A stretch of DNA of 64,000 nt from an uncultured Myxococcales bacterium (GTDB lineage Bacteria; Myxococcota; B64-G9), in assembly GCA_964454005.1 (NCBI GenBank), contig CAYVQE010000005.1, positions 4,404 to 68,403 on the forward strand, given 5' to 3'. This document shows, one piece after another, positions 8,317 through 17,790 of this stretch. The notes beneath the pieces were generated by a model. That model made no database searches. It was given only the letters and a program-made list of their open reading frames with translations, and had not been told where the DNA came from. Made by a program: the position numbers and the translations under genes. Position 1 is the first letter of the stretch, and each line of letters starts with the position of its first letter.

Positions 8317-9941
8317 GCCGAGGACGGGACTGGGACGCCACCGTCGACCTGGTGGTGGTGGGTCTCGGCGCCGCCGGTACCTGCGCCGCCATCGAGGCGG
8401 CTGCGGCCGGGGCGCAGGTGTTGGCGGTGGATCGCTTCGACGGCGGCGGTGCGACCCGCCGCTCGGGCGGCGTCATCTATGCTGGGGGCGGCACCCGCTT
8501 GCAGCGCCGTCACGGCTTCGAAGACGACGTGCAGCGGATGCTGACCTACATCGAGGCCGAAGCCGGCGGCGTGGTCGACCGGGTGGTGCTGCGGGCCTTT
8601 TGCGAACGCAGCTGCGAGAACATCGATTGGCTAGAACGGCACGGGGTCGAGTTCGGCGAGGCATTCTATCCCGGAAAGGCCACCGAGCCGCCGGCCGGCG
8701 TGGGCCTGTACTACTCGGGCAACGAGTGGCAGCTCGAGCGCGACCGGCCGCCGCCGCGGGGACACGTGCCCGACGGGGGCGGACGCAACGGTCGGGTACT
8801 CTACGAGGCACTCAGCCGGGCCGCGACCGCGGCCGGGGTACGGATCCAGCGCTGGACGCGGGCGGTCGAGCTGGTGACCGATGAGAGCGGCGCTGTGGTC
8901 GGCGCCGTGCTCGAGGCCCAGCGGCCAAATCCGTTGCTGCGTGCAGCGCAGCGCGGTTTGTTGGCGGCAGCCGGCCTGCAGCGACGCCTGGGCCCGGCGC
9001 TGGCGCGGCTGGAGCGAAGCGGCGGGCGTCGCCAGCGGGTGCGCGCGCGCGGTGGGGTGGTGCTGGCCAGCGGCGGCTTCGTGTACTCGGCCGGGCGCAT
9101 GCGCCGGCGGGCGCCGGCCTTTGCCGGCTGCATGCCCCTGGGCACCCCGGGGGACGACGGCGCGGCCCTGCGGTTGGGCGCGGCGGTGGGCGCAGCCAAC
9201 GGCGAGCTGGACGCCTGCGCCGCGCTGCGTTTCATCAGCCCGCCCGAAGCATTCAGCCACGGGCTGTTGGTCGACTCCAGCGGCCGGCGTTTCTGCGACG
9301 AGAGCCGCTACGGCGCCAGCCTGGGCCGGGCCATCGCCGGGCGGCCCGGCGGTCGGGCCTGGCTGATCATCGACGCCGGGTTGCGGCGCCGGGTGCTGGA
9401 CGAGTTGGCCGCCGCCGCCAAGCCCTGGCGCCAATCGCCGACGGCCCTGCTCAGCGGCCGTAGCAACGCCCTGCTGTTCCTGCACCTGACCGGCCGCACC
9501 CAGCTGCATCTCAACCGGGTGCGGGCGCCGCATCCGGAGCGGCTGGCTCGCAAGCTGGGCCTGACGGCTGCGGCGCTGGCGCGAACCATCGAGCAGCACA
9601 ACCGGGCGCTGGCCGCCGGCCGGCCCGATGAGCGGGGCAAGCCCGATCGCTTCCGGGCGCCGATCACCGAGCCGCCCTTCGAGGCGTTGGCCTGCCACCT
9701 GGACCATCCGCTGCTGTTGACCCCGTGCTTCACGCTGGGCGGCCTGCGCACCGATCCGTTGACCGGGCGGGTGTTGGGCCGCCGCGATGGCCGGCCCATC
9801 GCCGGGCTCTACGGCGCTGGCCGGGCCGCGGTGGGGGTCTGCTCGCGCTCCTACGTCAGCGGCCTGTCGCTGGCCGACTGCGTGTTCAGCGGCCGCAACG
9901 CCGGCCGCCACGCAGCCGAGCGGGCCGCGTCCGGTCGCTGA
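8310..9941 (+). CDS. FAD-binding dehydrogenase (fumarate reductase/KstD-like flavoprotein family)
   Basis: The N-terminal dinucleotide fold reads DLVVVGLGAAGTCAAIEAAAAGAQVLAVDR. A GTG start overlaps the RACo stop. The C-terminus has GLYGAGR. Confidence 0.75.
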   Translation: MVSRGRDWDATVDLVVVGLGAAGTCAAIEAAAAGAQVLAVDRFDGGGATRRSGGVIYAGGGTRLQRRHGFEDDVQRMLTYIEAEAGGVVDRVVLRAFCERSCENIDWLERHGVEFGEAFYPGKATEPPAGVGLYYSGNEWQLERDRPPPRGHVPDGGGRNGRVLYEALSRAATAAGVRIQRWTRAVELVTDESGAVVGAVLEAQRPNPLLRAAQRGLLAAAGLQRRLGPALARLERSGGRRQRVRARGGVVLASGGFVYSAGRMRRRAPAFAGCMPLGTPGDDGAALRLGAAVGAANGELDACAALRFISPPEAFSHGLLVDSSGRRFCDESRYGASLGRAIAGRPGGRAWLIIDAGLRRRVLDELAAAAKPWRQSPTALLSGRSNALLFLHLTGRTQLHLNRVRAPHPERLARKLGLTAAALARTIEQHNRALAAGRPDERGKPDRFRAPITEPPFEALACHLDHPLLLTPCFTLGGLRTDPLTGRVLGRRDGRPIAGLYGAGRAAVGVCSRSYVSGLSLADCVFSGRNAGRHAAERAASGR

Positions 9942-10040
9942 CCTTCGTTCTTGCCGCCCGAAGAGCGGGGGGCCACGAGCCAATTGGCCGGCGCCGGCGT
10001 GGTCGACATGCAAAAAATTCCGGTGCAACTCCGGGCCAGA

Positions 10041-10074
10041 GGCCGCTCGGGGCAAAGCGGCCGATTTCTTTTTT
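10041..10074 (+). terminator. Intrinsic terminator of the corrinoid operon
   Basis: A GGCCGCT-cggggcaa-AGCGGCC hairpin is followed by gaTTTCTTTTTT, 100 nt after the stop at 9941. Confidence 0.6.
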
Positions 10075-10220
10075 CCGCCCGGGGACCTGTAGTATACCTG
10101 GATGGCGCTGATCGGGGGGAAGACCAGAAATTCCCGCCCGCCGGGCGGGGATGAAAACCGAGCTGGAAGCTCCTGTGGCGGATCGTCCGTCGAGGAGCTT
10201 CGGGAGAGAGAGGACGGTAC

Positions 10221-11768
10221 ATGGCAGGCACGGACTTCGGTTATGCGCTCTCCAACCCGCTCGCCAAGCTGCTCGACAAGCCGCGCCAGGACTTCACCCG
10301 GCGCGACCTGATGCAGCTGATCGCGCAGCAGGGCATCGAGCGTTTCGGCTTCCACTACACCGCGCTCGACGGCAAGCTCAAGGAACTCAAGATCCCGATC
10401 ACCTCGCGCTCCGGCGCCGAGCTGATCCTGGCAGAGGGGGAGCGGGTCGACGGCTCGTCGCTGTTCAAGGGCATGGTCGACGCCGCCCTGTCTGACCTGT
10501 ACGTGGTCCCGCTCTACCGCAGCGCCTTTTTGAACCCCTTCGAGGGCAAGAGCCTGGACTTCATCTGCCGCTACGTCACCAAGGACGGCGAGCTGGCACC
10601 CTTCGCCCCGGACACCATCCTGATCAACGCCAGCCGGCGTTTCCGCGAGCGCACCGGGCTCGATCTCTACACCCTGGGCGAGCTCGAGTTCTTCCTCATC
10701 GGCGAGGACCCCAAGGGCATCTTCACCGCCCAGAAGCAGCACGGCTACCACGCCGCCTCGCCCTTCATCAAGAGCGGCCCCATCCTCAACGAGATGATCC
10801 ACCACATCACCCAGATCAGCGGCGACGTGAAGTACGCCCACAGCGAGGTGGGCTACATCGACGCCATCCGTAGCAACCTGCCCGAGATCGAGGGCAAGTG
10901 CGGCGAGCAGCTCGAGATCGAGTACCTGCCGCGGCCCATCGAGGAGGCGGCCGACAACCTGGTGCTGGGCCGCTGGTTGATCCGCAACATCGCCTACCGC
11001 AACGGCTGCGTGGCCACCTTCGCGCCCAAGATCGAAGAGGGCGTGGCCGGCAATGGCATGCACGTGCACATCGCCGCCATGCGCGACGGCCAGAACGCGA
11101 TGACCGACGAATCGGGCGAGCTGTCGGCCGCCGCCCGCAAGCTGATCGGCGGGTTGTGCCGCTACGCCGGCTCGCTGACCGCCTTCGGCAACACGGTCTC
11201 GTCGGCCTACCTGCGGCTGGTGCCCAACCAGGAGGCGCCGACGCGCGTTTGCTGGAGCGATCTGAACCGCAGCGCCATGATCCGGGTGCCGCTGGGCTGG
11301 GCGCGGGTATCCAACCTGGCCCGGCTGGTCAACCCCCAGGAGACCGAGCAGGTGGAGCGGACCGGCGAACGCCAGACGGTGGAGCTGCGCAGCCCGGACG
11401 GCAGCGCGGTGGTGCATTTGCTGCTGGCCGGCATCGCCATGGCCGCCGAGTGGGGCTCGGCCGAGACCGAGGCCGATGCGCTGACCGAAAAGCTCTACGT
11501 CCAGGGCAACATCTTCGAGGATCAGGCCTTGTTGGATCGGCTGCCCAAGCTGCCCGGCTCCTGCGAGGCCTCCGGCTGGAACCTGGACGAGCAGCGCGAA
11601 CTCTATCAGCGCGGCGGGATCTTTCCGCCCAGCGTCATCGACTGGATGGTCGGCCGGCTGACCGGCCAGGCCGACGCCGAGATGAACCGGCGCCTGGCCG
11701 ACATGCCGGCCGAGGATAGACTGCACGAGACGCGGCGCATCATGCACCGCTGCCTGCACGAGCAGTGA
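10221..11768 (+). CDS. Glutamine synthetase family protein (GS catalytic domain)
   Basis: GS-type motifs seen are GELEFFL, HSEVG...QLEIEY, KIEEGVAGNGMHVH, YLRLVPNQEAP and NRSAMIRVP. Confidence 0.8.
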   Translation: MAGTDFGYALSNPLAKLLDKPRQDFTRRDLMQLIAQQGIERFGFHYTALDGKLKELKIPITSRSGAELILAEGERVDGSSLFKGMVDAALSDLYVVPLYRSAFLNPFEGKSLDFICRYVTKDGELAPFAPDTILINASRRFRERTGLDLYTLGELEFFLIGEDPKGIFTAQKQHGYHAASPFIKSGPILNEMIHHITQISGDVKYAHSEVGYIDAIRSNLPEIEGKCGEQLEIEYLPRPIEEAADNLVLGRWLIRNIAYRNGCVATFAPKIEEGVAGNGMHVHIAAMRDGQNAMTDESGELSAAARKLIGGLCRYAGSLTAFGNTVSSAYLRLVPNQEAPTRVCWSDLNRSAMIRVPLGWARVSNLARLVNPQETEQVERTGERQTVELRSPDGSAVVHLLLAGIAMAAEWGSAETEADALTEKLYVQGNIFEDQALLDRLPKLPGSCEASGWNLDEQRELYQRGGIFPPSVIDWMVGRLTGQADAEMNRRLADMPAEDRLHETRRIMHRCLHEQ

Positions 11769-11786
11769 GCCGGCTCGCCCCCGTCT

Positions 11787-12650
11787 TCAGCGCACCAGCA
11801 GGATGGCGCCGTCGATCAGTTCTTCCAGGCAGGGAGGGCGGGGGGCGTTGAGCAGCGGCAGGTCGGCCGGCAGACACCACAGCGCGCCGGGCAACTCGGC
11901 GGCCAGCGCCCGGATGCGACCGATGGCGGTGATGCGCGGCGTGGCACCCAGATCCTCGGCCCGGCCGCGCACATCCAGCCGGTGGCGCGCCGCGCGCGAC
12001 TCGGCGGCCGCCAGCAGCTGCCGGGCGCGAGCCGCATCGGCCCCCAGCGCCTGGATCACCAGCGGCCGCTGAATGCGCTCGGCCAGCTCGGCACAGAACC
12101 CGAGGGCGCGCTCGGACAAGGGGGTATCGGCCAGGGTGACCACCACCGGGCCCAGCGGCTCGACTCCAGGCCGCAGCAGCAGCACCGGCCGGCCGGCCCG
12201 GGCGGCGGCTTCCAGCGCCGCGGCCGCCACGCATTGCGGTCGGGCCAGCGGCCGGGCAGCGGTCAGCGCCACCAGCAGATCGATGTCGCCGGCGGCCGCC
12301 GCCACCGCGGCCCGCTTGCGCCCGCGCACCACCCGGAAGCGCCAGCTCACCCGCGCCCGGCCGACCGTCTGCGCCAGGGCCCGCTGGGCGTCGGCGGCCA
12401 GCGCCCGCAGCGTGCGGCGCAGGGCGCGGGCCTCGATCGGGGCGGCGGTGGCGGTGCGCAGGTTGATCTCGCGCAAAAAGGAGAGTTCGGCGGTGCGCAG
12501 CAGATCGTCGTCCTCGATGAACAGGGCGTCGACCTCGGCCCGCAGGTGCGCGGCCAGATCGGCGACCAGCTGCAGCTGCACCGGGTCACAGCGGGCCGCA
12601 TCCAGCGCCAGCAGGATGCGCTGGCCGGCGGTCGCCACAGCCGCGCTCAT
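11787..12650 (-). CDS. Hypothetical protein (possibly tandem USP-like fold)
   Basis: This 287-aa ORF has an ATG that overlaps the Lon-like stop (ATGA at 12647-12650). The RILLALD and PVLLL strand-like repeats only weakly suggest a universal-stress-protein-like fold. Confidence 0.5.
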   Translation of the reverse strand: MSAAVATAGQRILLALDAARCDPVQLQLVADLAAHLRAEVDALFIEDDDLLRTAELSFLREINLRTATAAPIEARALRRTLRALAADAQRALAQTVGRARVSWRFRVVRGRKRAAVAAAAGDIDLLVALTAARPLARPQCVAAAALEAAARAGRPVLLLRPGVEPLGPVVVTLADTPLSERALGFCAELAERIQRPLVIQALGADAARARQLLAAAESRAARHRLDVRGRAEDLGATPRITAIGRIRALAAELPGALWCLPADLPLLNAPRPPCLEELIDGAILLVR

Positions 12651-15082
12651 GGGCTGGGCTCCGCTTCGCGGGCCGCGGCGGCGTAACGGCGGGCGCGGTC
12701 GGCCATCTGGTCGAGGCGCCGCTGGACGCGGGCGTTGATGCTGTCGGCCGGCCAGCCGCCGCCGGCCTGGCGGTCGCCGGCCGCCACCCCGGTGAGCAGC
12801 TCGATGCCCTGGTCGATGGTCCCGACCGGGATGATCGAGAACCGGCCGGCCGCCACCGCCTGGCGCACGTCGCGGCGCAGCATCAGGTGAATGGTGTTGC
12901 TGGCCGGGATCAGAACCCCCTGATCGCCGGACAGACCGGCGGCGCGGCAGACGTCGAAGAAGCCCTCGATCTTCTCGTTCACCCCGCCGATGGCCTGTAT
13001 CCGCCCGTGCTGATCGACCGAGCCGGTAACCGCCAGGCCCTGGCGCAGCGGGGTGTCGGCCAGGGCCGACAGCAGCGCGTAGAGCTCGGCCGACGATGCG
13101 CTGTCGCCGTCGACCCCGCCGTAGGACTGCTCGAACACCAGGCTGGCCGACAGGGCGAATGGCCGGTCGCCGGCGAAGCGCGCGCCCAGAAAGCCCGCCA
13201 GGATCAGCACCCCCTTGGAATGCAGCGGGCCGCCGAGGGCCACCTCGCGCTCGATGTCGGTCACCTCGCCCTTGCCCAGGCGCACCCGGGCGGTGATCCG
13301 ATTGGGCTGGCCGAAGGCGAAGCCGCCGAGCTGCAGCACCGATAGGCCGTTGATCTGCCCGATGCGTTCGCCGCTGGTGGCGATGCGGACCGTGCCGCGG
13401 GCGATCTGCTCCTGGGAGCGCTCGCGCACGCGATCGGCACGGTGGATCTGGGCGGCCACAGCGCGCTCGACGTCGTCATCGGTGACCGTGTCGCGCTCGG
13501 CCTGGGCGGCCCAGTGGTCGGCCTCGCACAGCAGGTCGACCAGGTCGCCCATGCGGATCGAGAGCCGCTCGGCATCGGCCACCAGCCGCGAGGAGCGTTC
13601 GATGATCCGCGCCACCGCCTCCGGGGTGAACGGCAGCAGCTGGTGGCGCCGGGCCAGGGTGGCCACCAGGCGGGCGTAGAGCTGGTCGTTCTCGGGCTTG
13701 CGCGGCATGCGATCGTCGAAGTCGACCTGAACCTTGAACAGATCGGGAAAGTCGGGGTCGAGCTGCGACAGCAGATAGTAGATCATCCGCTCGCCGACCA
13801 GCACCACCTTGGCCTCGAGCGGGATGGCCTCTGGCTCCAGGGTGATGGTGCTGATCAGGCTCAGCTGCTGGCCGACCGACTCGATGCGGACCTGTCCGGC
13901 GCGCAGGGTGCGCTTGAGGTTGTCCCACGCCAACGGCTGGGTCAGCAGCTTGTTGGCGTCCAGGATCAGGGTGCCGCCGTTGGCCCGGTGCAGGGCGCCG
14001 GCCCGGATAAGCCGATGGTCGGTCACCAGGGCGCCGAACTCGGTGCGGTGCTCGACCCGCCCGAGCAGGTTCTGCAGGCTGGGGTGATCCTCGTAGATCA
14101 CCGGGGCGCCCTCGGTCTCGGCGTTGTCGACCAGCAGGTTGACCCGGTAGCGATCGAGCGGATCCGACTTCTGCATTCCGGGCGGCAGCGCGACCCCCGG
14201 TGGCGCGGCCGGTTGCTGCTTCTGCTCCTTGCTGGGCAGAAAGTCCTCGGCCCGGTCGACCACGTCGGCGGCCAGGGCTTCGAGGTAGGTGGTGACCGGT
14301 TCCAGATCGGCGTAGGCTTGCTTCAGTTCGGCCAGCAGCTTGTCGACGGCGAAGGAGACCACCTCGCGGTTCAACTCGCGTACCTTCTCGCGCTGCTCCT
14401 TCTCCCAGGCCGGCAGCCGGCCGGCGATGTCGCGCACTTCCTTCTCGAGTTCTTCGATGTCGCGCTTGATGCGTTCCTGCTCTTCCTCCGGCAGCTTGCG
14501 GAACTCCTCGGGCGGCAGCACCTCGCCGTCGCGTACCGGGGCCAGGGCCATGCCGTTGGGGGTGTTGACCGGCGCGATGTCCTTTTCCTTGGCCCGCTGC
14601 TGGATGTCCTCGAAGTCCTGCTGGTGCTTGTCCTTGAACTCCTGCTCCAGCGCCTGGCGCCGGTTGCGGTAGTCGTCGGACTCGAACGCGGCCGGTATGG
14701 CCGCGCCCAGCTCGTCGATCAGCTCTTCCATCTGGTGCTGGAAGGCGGCGCCGCGGCCGGCCGGCAGCTGCAGCGCCCGGGGCCGGTTGGCGTCCTTGAA
14801 GTCGCGCACGTAGCACCAGTCGTCCGGTCGCGGCCGGTCGGCCGAGACCCGCTCCAGGTACTGGCGCACCACGCTGTGCTTGCCGGTTCCGGGCGGGCCG
14901 AGCACGAACAGGTTGTAGCCCTGGTGGCGGATGCCGATGCCGAAGGCGATCGCATCGACGGCGCGTTGCTGGCCGATAACCTGCTCCAGATCCTCCAGCT
15001 CCGCGGTCGAGTCGAAGTCGAACTGCGCCGGATCGCAGGCGCGGTAGAGGACATCGGCGGGTAGGGGAGCGGGTCGGGCCAT
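12647..15082 (-). CDS. Lon-related AAA+ ATP-dependent protease
   Basis: The start MARPAPLP (ATG complement of 15080-15082) lies inside listed ORF 12647..15589. Motifs seen are Walker A GPPGTGKH and a C-terminal S16 Lon protease domain with GVDGDSASSAE (Ser) and GGVNEKIEGFF (Lys). Confidence 0.85.
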   Translation of the reverse strand: MARPAPLPADVLYRACDPAQFDFDSTAELEDLEQVIGQQRAVDAIAFGIGIRHQGYNLFVLGPPGTGKHSVVRQYLERVSADRPRPDDWCYVRDFKDANRPRALQLPAGRGAAFQHQMEELIDELGAAIPAAFESDDYRNRRQALEQEFKDKHQQDFEDIQQRAKEKDIAPVNTPNGMALAPVRDGEVLPPEEFRKLPEEEQERIKRDIEELEKEVRDIAGRLPAWEKEQREKVRELNREVVSFAVDKLLAELKQAYADLEPVTTYLEALAADVVDRAEDFLPSKEQKQQPAAPPGVALPPGMQKSDPLDRYRVNLLVDNAETEGAPVIYEDHPSLQNLLGRVEHRTEFGALVTDHRLIRAGALHRANGGTLILDANKLLTQPLAWDNLKRTLRAGQVRIESVGQQLSLISTITLEPEAIPLEAKVVLVGERMIYYLLSQLDPDFPDLFKVQVDFDDRMPRKPENDQLYARLVATLARRHQLLPFTPEAVARIIERSSRLVADAERLSIRMGDLVDLLCEADHWAAQAERDTVTDDDVERAVAAQIHRADRVRERSQEQIARGTVRIATSGERIGQINGLSVLQLGGFAFGQPNRITARVRLGKGEVTDIEREVALGGPLHSKGVLILAGFLGARFAGDRPFALSASLVFEQSYGGVDGDSASSAELYALLSALADTPLRQGLAVTGSVDQHGRIQAIGGVNEKIEGFFDVCRAAGLSGDQGVLIPASNTIHLMLRRDVRQAVAAGRFSIIPVGTIDQGIELLTGVAAGDRQAGGGWPADSINARVQRRLDQMADRARRYAAAAREAEPSP

Positions 15083-15120
15083 GCGATCGCCTCCAGCGGA
15101 CGGTTTTCGACGCCGCCCGA

Positions 15121-15399
15121 TCAGCGTTTGATGGTGTCGGGTCCCCGGCCGGCCGTCTTGCGGTAAACACCGGGTTTGTCCTTGCGGTATTGGGTGAAGC
15201 CCTTGGCGGACAGGTTCTGCTCCGACAGCACATCCCGCGGCCGGGTCGAGACATTGGGCGCCGAGATCAGCCGCCGGCAGCTGGCGCCGCATTCCGGGCA
15301 GCGCTCGAGCGGGGCGTCGTCGAAGGACTGCAACAGCTCGAATCCGCCGCGACAGTGGGCACAGCCTCGTTCCAGCGTCTCGTATTCGTAGAGCGGCAT
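15121..15399 (-). CDS. FmdB-family zinc-ribbon putative regulatory protein
   Basis: The sequence MPLYEYETLERGCAHC...CPECG shows the characteristic YEY start and two CxxC pairs. Confidence 0.8.
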   Translation of the reverse strand: MPLYEYETLERGCAHCRGGFELLQSFDDAPLERCPECGASCRRLISAPNVSTRPRDVLSEQNLSAKGFTQYRKDKPGVYRKTAGRGPDTIKR

Positions 15400-15592
15400 G
15401 ATGTCCTTCCAGCCGCCGTCGGCCCGGGCGGCTGAGTCCGAATGTAGGCCAGCCCCGGCGGTGTGTAAACCCGGCAGGACACGAGCGGGGCGCTGTGGAC
15501 AGCCGCAGCGGCCGGCGCCTCGACCTGCCGCCGCTGCCCGAAATCCTGCCGCCCTGAAAAAGCGTTGTTCGACAGCAGCTTGGGCCCAAAAG

Positions 15593-16204
15593 TTAAAAAG
15601 TTGAAACCGTCCCCGAGGGGAAGCGGGCGTCGGTCTCGAGGGCGGTGGCCAGGCGGCGCTGGTACTCGGGGCGGGGGATCTCCTCGACGCCGAACTGGCG
15701 GAAGTGATCGTTGACGATGTACTGGATGTCGAACAGGACGAAGCCGCCGGCGCGCAGCAGCTCGACCAGGTGCACCAGGGCCACCTTGCTGGCGTCGCGC
15801 ATGCGGTGGAACATGCTCTCGCCGGCGAATAGGCCGCGGACGGCCACGCCGTAGGTGCCGCCGACCAGCTCGCCGGCGTGCCAGCACTCGACGGAGTGGG
15901 CTGCGCCCAGCCGGTGCAGCAGGGTGAAGGCGTCGATCAGCTCCGCTGAGATCCAGGTCTGCTCGCGTCCCGGCGCCGGTGCGGCGCAGGCCTGCATCAC
16001 CTCGCGGAAGGCGGTGTCGAGGCGCAGCTCGAAACGGCCCTCGCGAACCGTGCGCGCCAACCGCCGCGGCACGTGGAAGCGTTCGTCCAGCGGCAGCACC
16101 GCCCGCGGATCGCATTCGTACAGATCCACCCGGCCGGCCTCGTCGGCCATCGGAAACGCGCCCTGGCAGTAGGCGGCGATCAGGGTTTGCGGATCGAGTC
16201 TCAT
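15593..16204 (-). CDS. aat: Leucyl/phenylalanyl-tRNA--protein transferase
   Basis: Motifs seen are AYCQGAFPMA, WISAELIDAF, HSVECW, GESMFH and FVLFDIQ. ATG 16204 is preferred over the longer listed ORF. Confidence 0.9.
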   Translation of the reverse strand: MRLDPQTLIAAYCQGAFPMADEAGRVDLYECDPRAVLPLDERFHVPRRLARTVREGRFELRLDTAFREVMQACAAPAPGREQTWISAELIDAFTLLHRLGAAHSVECWHAGELVGGTYGVAVRGLFAGESMFHRMRDASKVALVHLVELLRAGGFVLFDIQYIVNDHFRQFGVEEIPRPEYQRRLATALETDARFPSGTVSTF

Positions 16205-16304
16205 TACCCAAGGCTCCACTGGGGCCCATTTAGCATGTGCCCCTGGGGCGGGTCGAGCGAAAGGGCAGGGTGGCCACAACGGAAGTTCCCAGGGGAACTT
16301 CCGT

Positions 16305-17636
16305 CTACAGGAGCCGGTAGCGGCGCAGCTTGCGGTGCAGGGTGGAGCGGTGGATGCCGAGCTCGGCGGCGGCCTTGGTGCGGTTGCCGGCGTGGCGTTC
16401 GAGCGCCTGGCGGATGGCCTCGGCCTCCATCTTCTCGAGCTCGCCCTGGGGCCCGCTGCCCTCGTCGGGCCGCGGCGCCTGGGCGATGACGTGTGGCGGC
16501 AGATCGCCGGTGGAGATCTCTTCGCCCTTGCACAGGATGAAGGCCCGCTCGATGATGTTCTCGAGTTCGCGGATGTTGCCCGGAAAGGAGTACGCCAGCA
16601 GCGCCGACAGCGCGTCGGTGGTGATGCCGGTGATCGGCCGGCCGGTGGTCAACCGGGTGCGGTCGATGAAGTGGCGCACCAGCAGCGGGATGTCCTCGCT
16701 GCGCTGGCGCAGCGGCGGCAGGCCGATCTGCAGCACGTTGAGCCGGTAGTACAGGTCCTCGCGGAACTCGCCGCGCTCGACCAGCGGTTCCAGAGGCTGG
16801 TTGGTGGCGGCCACGATGCGCACATCGGCCTGCACCGGCTCGTTGGAGCCGAGCGGCTCGTACTCGCGATCCTGCAGAAAGCGCAGCAGCTTGACCTGCA
16901 GCGACCTGGGCAGGTCGGCCACCTCGTCGATGAACAGGGTGCCGCCCTCGGCCTGGGCGATGCGACCCGGTTTGTCGCTGCGGGCGTCGGTGAACGCGCC
17001 GCGGCGGTAACCGAACAGCTCGGACTCCAGCAGGGTCTCGGGCAGGGCGGCGCAGTTGACCGGCACGAGGCGGCTGCGCCGCCGCGGGCCATGGTTGTGG
17101 ATGGCCTTGGCCACCAGCTCCTTGCCGGTGCCCGACGGACCGGTGATCAGCACCGAGCTGTCGGACTCGGCCGCCAGCGGCAAGATGTCGAAGATGCGGT
17201 GCATCTCGACGTTCTTGCTGATGATGTCGTCGAAGCGGTAGCTGCCTTCGAGCCGGCGGCGCAGGTGTTGCACCGAGGACAGATCGCTGAACACCTCGAC
17301 GCCGCCGAGCAGCTTGCCGCTCTTGGTCTCCAGCGGCGCGGTCGAGACCGAGATGGCCAGGTTGCGGCCCTCGCGGGTATGGATGGTCACCTCGCGCGAA
17401 TGCACCGCATCGCGCGAGTGGATGCTGCTCTTGAGCGGGCAATCGCTCTGGCACAGCTCGGTCTGGAAGATGTCCTGGCAGCGGCAGCCGAGCACCTCGG
17501 ACTCGCGGTAGCCGGTGATCTCCTCGGCGGCGCGGTTGAACGAGGTGATGCAGCCGGCCGGGTCCACGGTGAAGATGCCGTGGTTGACCACATCGAGCAC
17601 CAGCGGCAGAAAGCGGCTGTCCAGCCGTTGTCTCAT
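16305..17636 (-). CDS. Sigma-54-dependent transcriptional activator with N-terminal PAS domain
   Basis: A PAS domain (GIFTVD...[14 protein letters not shown]) is followed by an AAA+ domain with [21 protein letters not shown] (a GAFTGA variant) and NIRELEN. A Fis-type HTH ([18 protein letters not shown]) closes the protein. The listed ORF starts at TTG 17753; ATG 17636 is chosen here, and the start remains uncertain. Confidence 0.9.
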   Translation of the reverse strand: MRQRLDSRFLPLVLDVVNHGIFTVDPAGCITSFNRAAEEITGYRESEVLGCRCQDIFQTELCQSDCPLKSSIHSRDAVHSREVTIHTREGRNLAISVSTAPLETKSGKLLGGVEVFSDLSSVQHLRRRLEGSYRFDDIISKNVEMHRIFDILPLAAESDSSVLITGPSGTGKELVAKAIHNHGPRRRSRLVPVNCAALPETLLESELFGYRRGAFTDARSDKPGRIAQAEGGTLFIDEVADLPRSLQVKLLRFLQDREYEPLGSNEPVQADVRIVAATNQPLEPLVERGEFREDLYYRLNVLQIGLPPLRQRSEDIPLLVRHFIDRTRLTTGRPITGITTDALSALLAYSFPGNIRELENIIERAFILCKGEEISTGDLPPHVIAQAPRPDEGSGPQGELEKMEAEAIRQALERHAGNRTKAAAELGIHRSTLHRKLRRYRLL

Positions 17637-17790
17637 GGGGGCCAGTTTACCAGGCTGCCGCTCTGCCGGCCAGTGCGCGCCGGCGGTGGTCTGCGCATCG
17701 GCGCCGCCAGCGGCGGCGCCCGGATCGGCCTGTAGCTGCTCGTCGAACTCCAAGGGTCAGTCCTTCCCGGGCCGGCTGCCGGGCCCGTGC

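Noticed and set aside
8631-11759. A 1042-aa minus-strand ORF that spans the FAD dehydrogenase and GS-family genes.
   Set aside because: It is antisense to two genes with clear motifs. The translation is Arg/Gly/Ala/Pro/His low complexity with no recognisable domain. Long stop-free antisense frames are expected at this GC content.
15083-15589. An N-terminal 169-aa extension of the Lon-like ORF (listed as 12647..15589).
   Set aside because: The extension overlaps the well-supported FmdB zinc-ribbon gene in another frame and is Arg/Pro-rich. MARPAPLP at 15082 gives a normal protein start.
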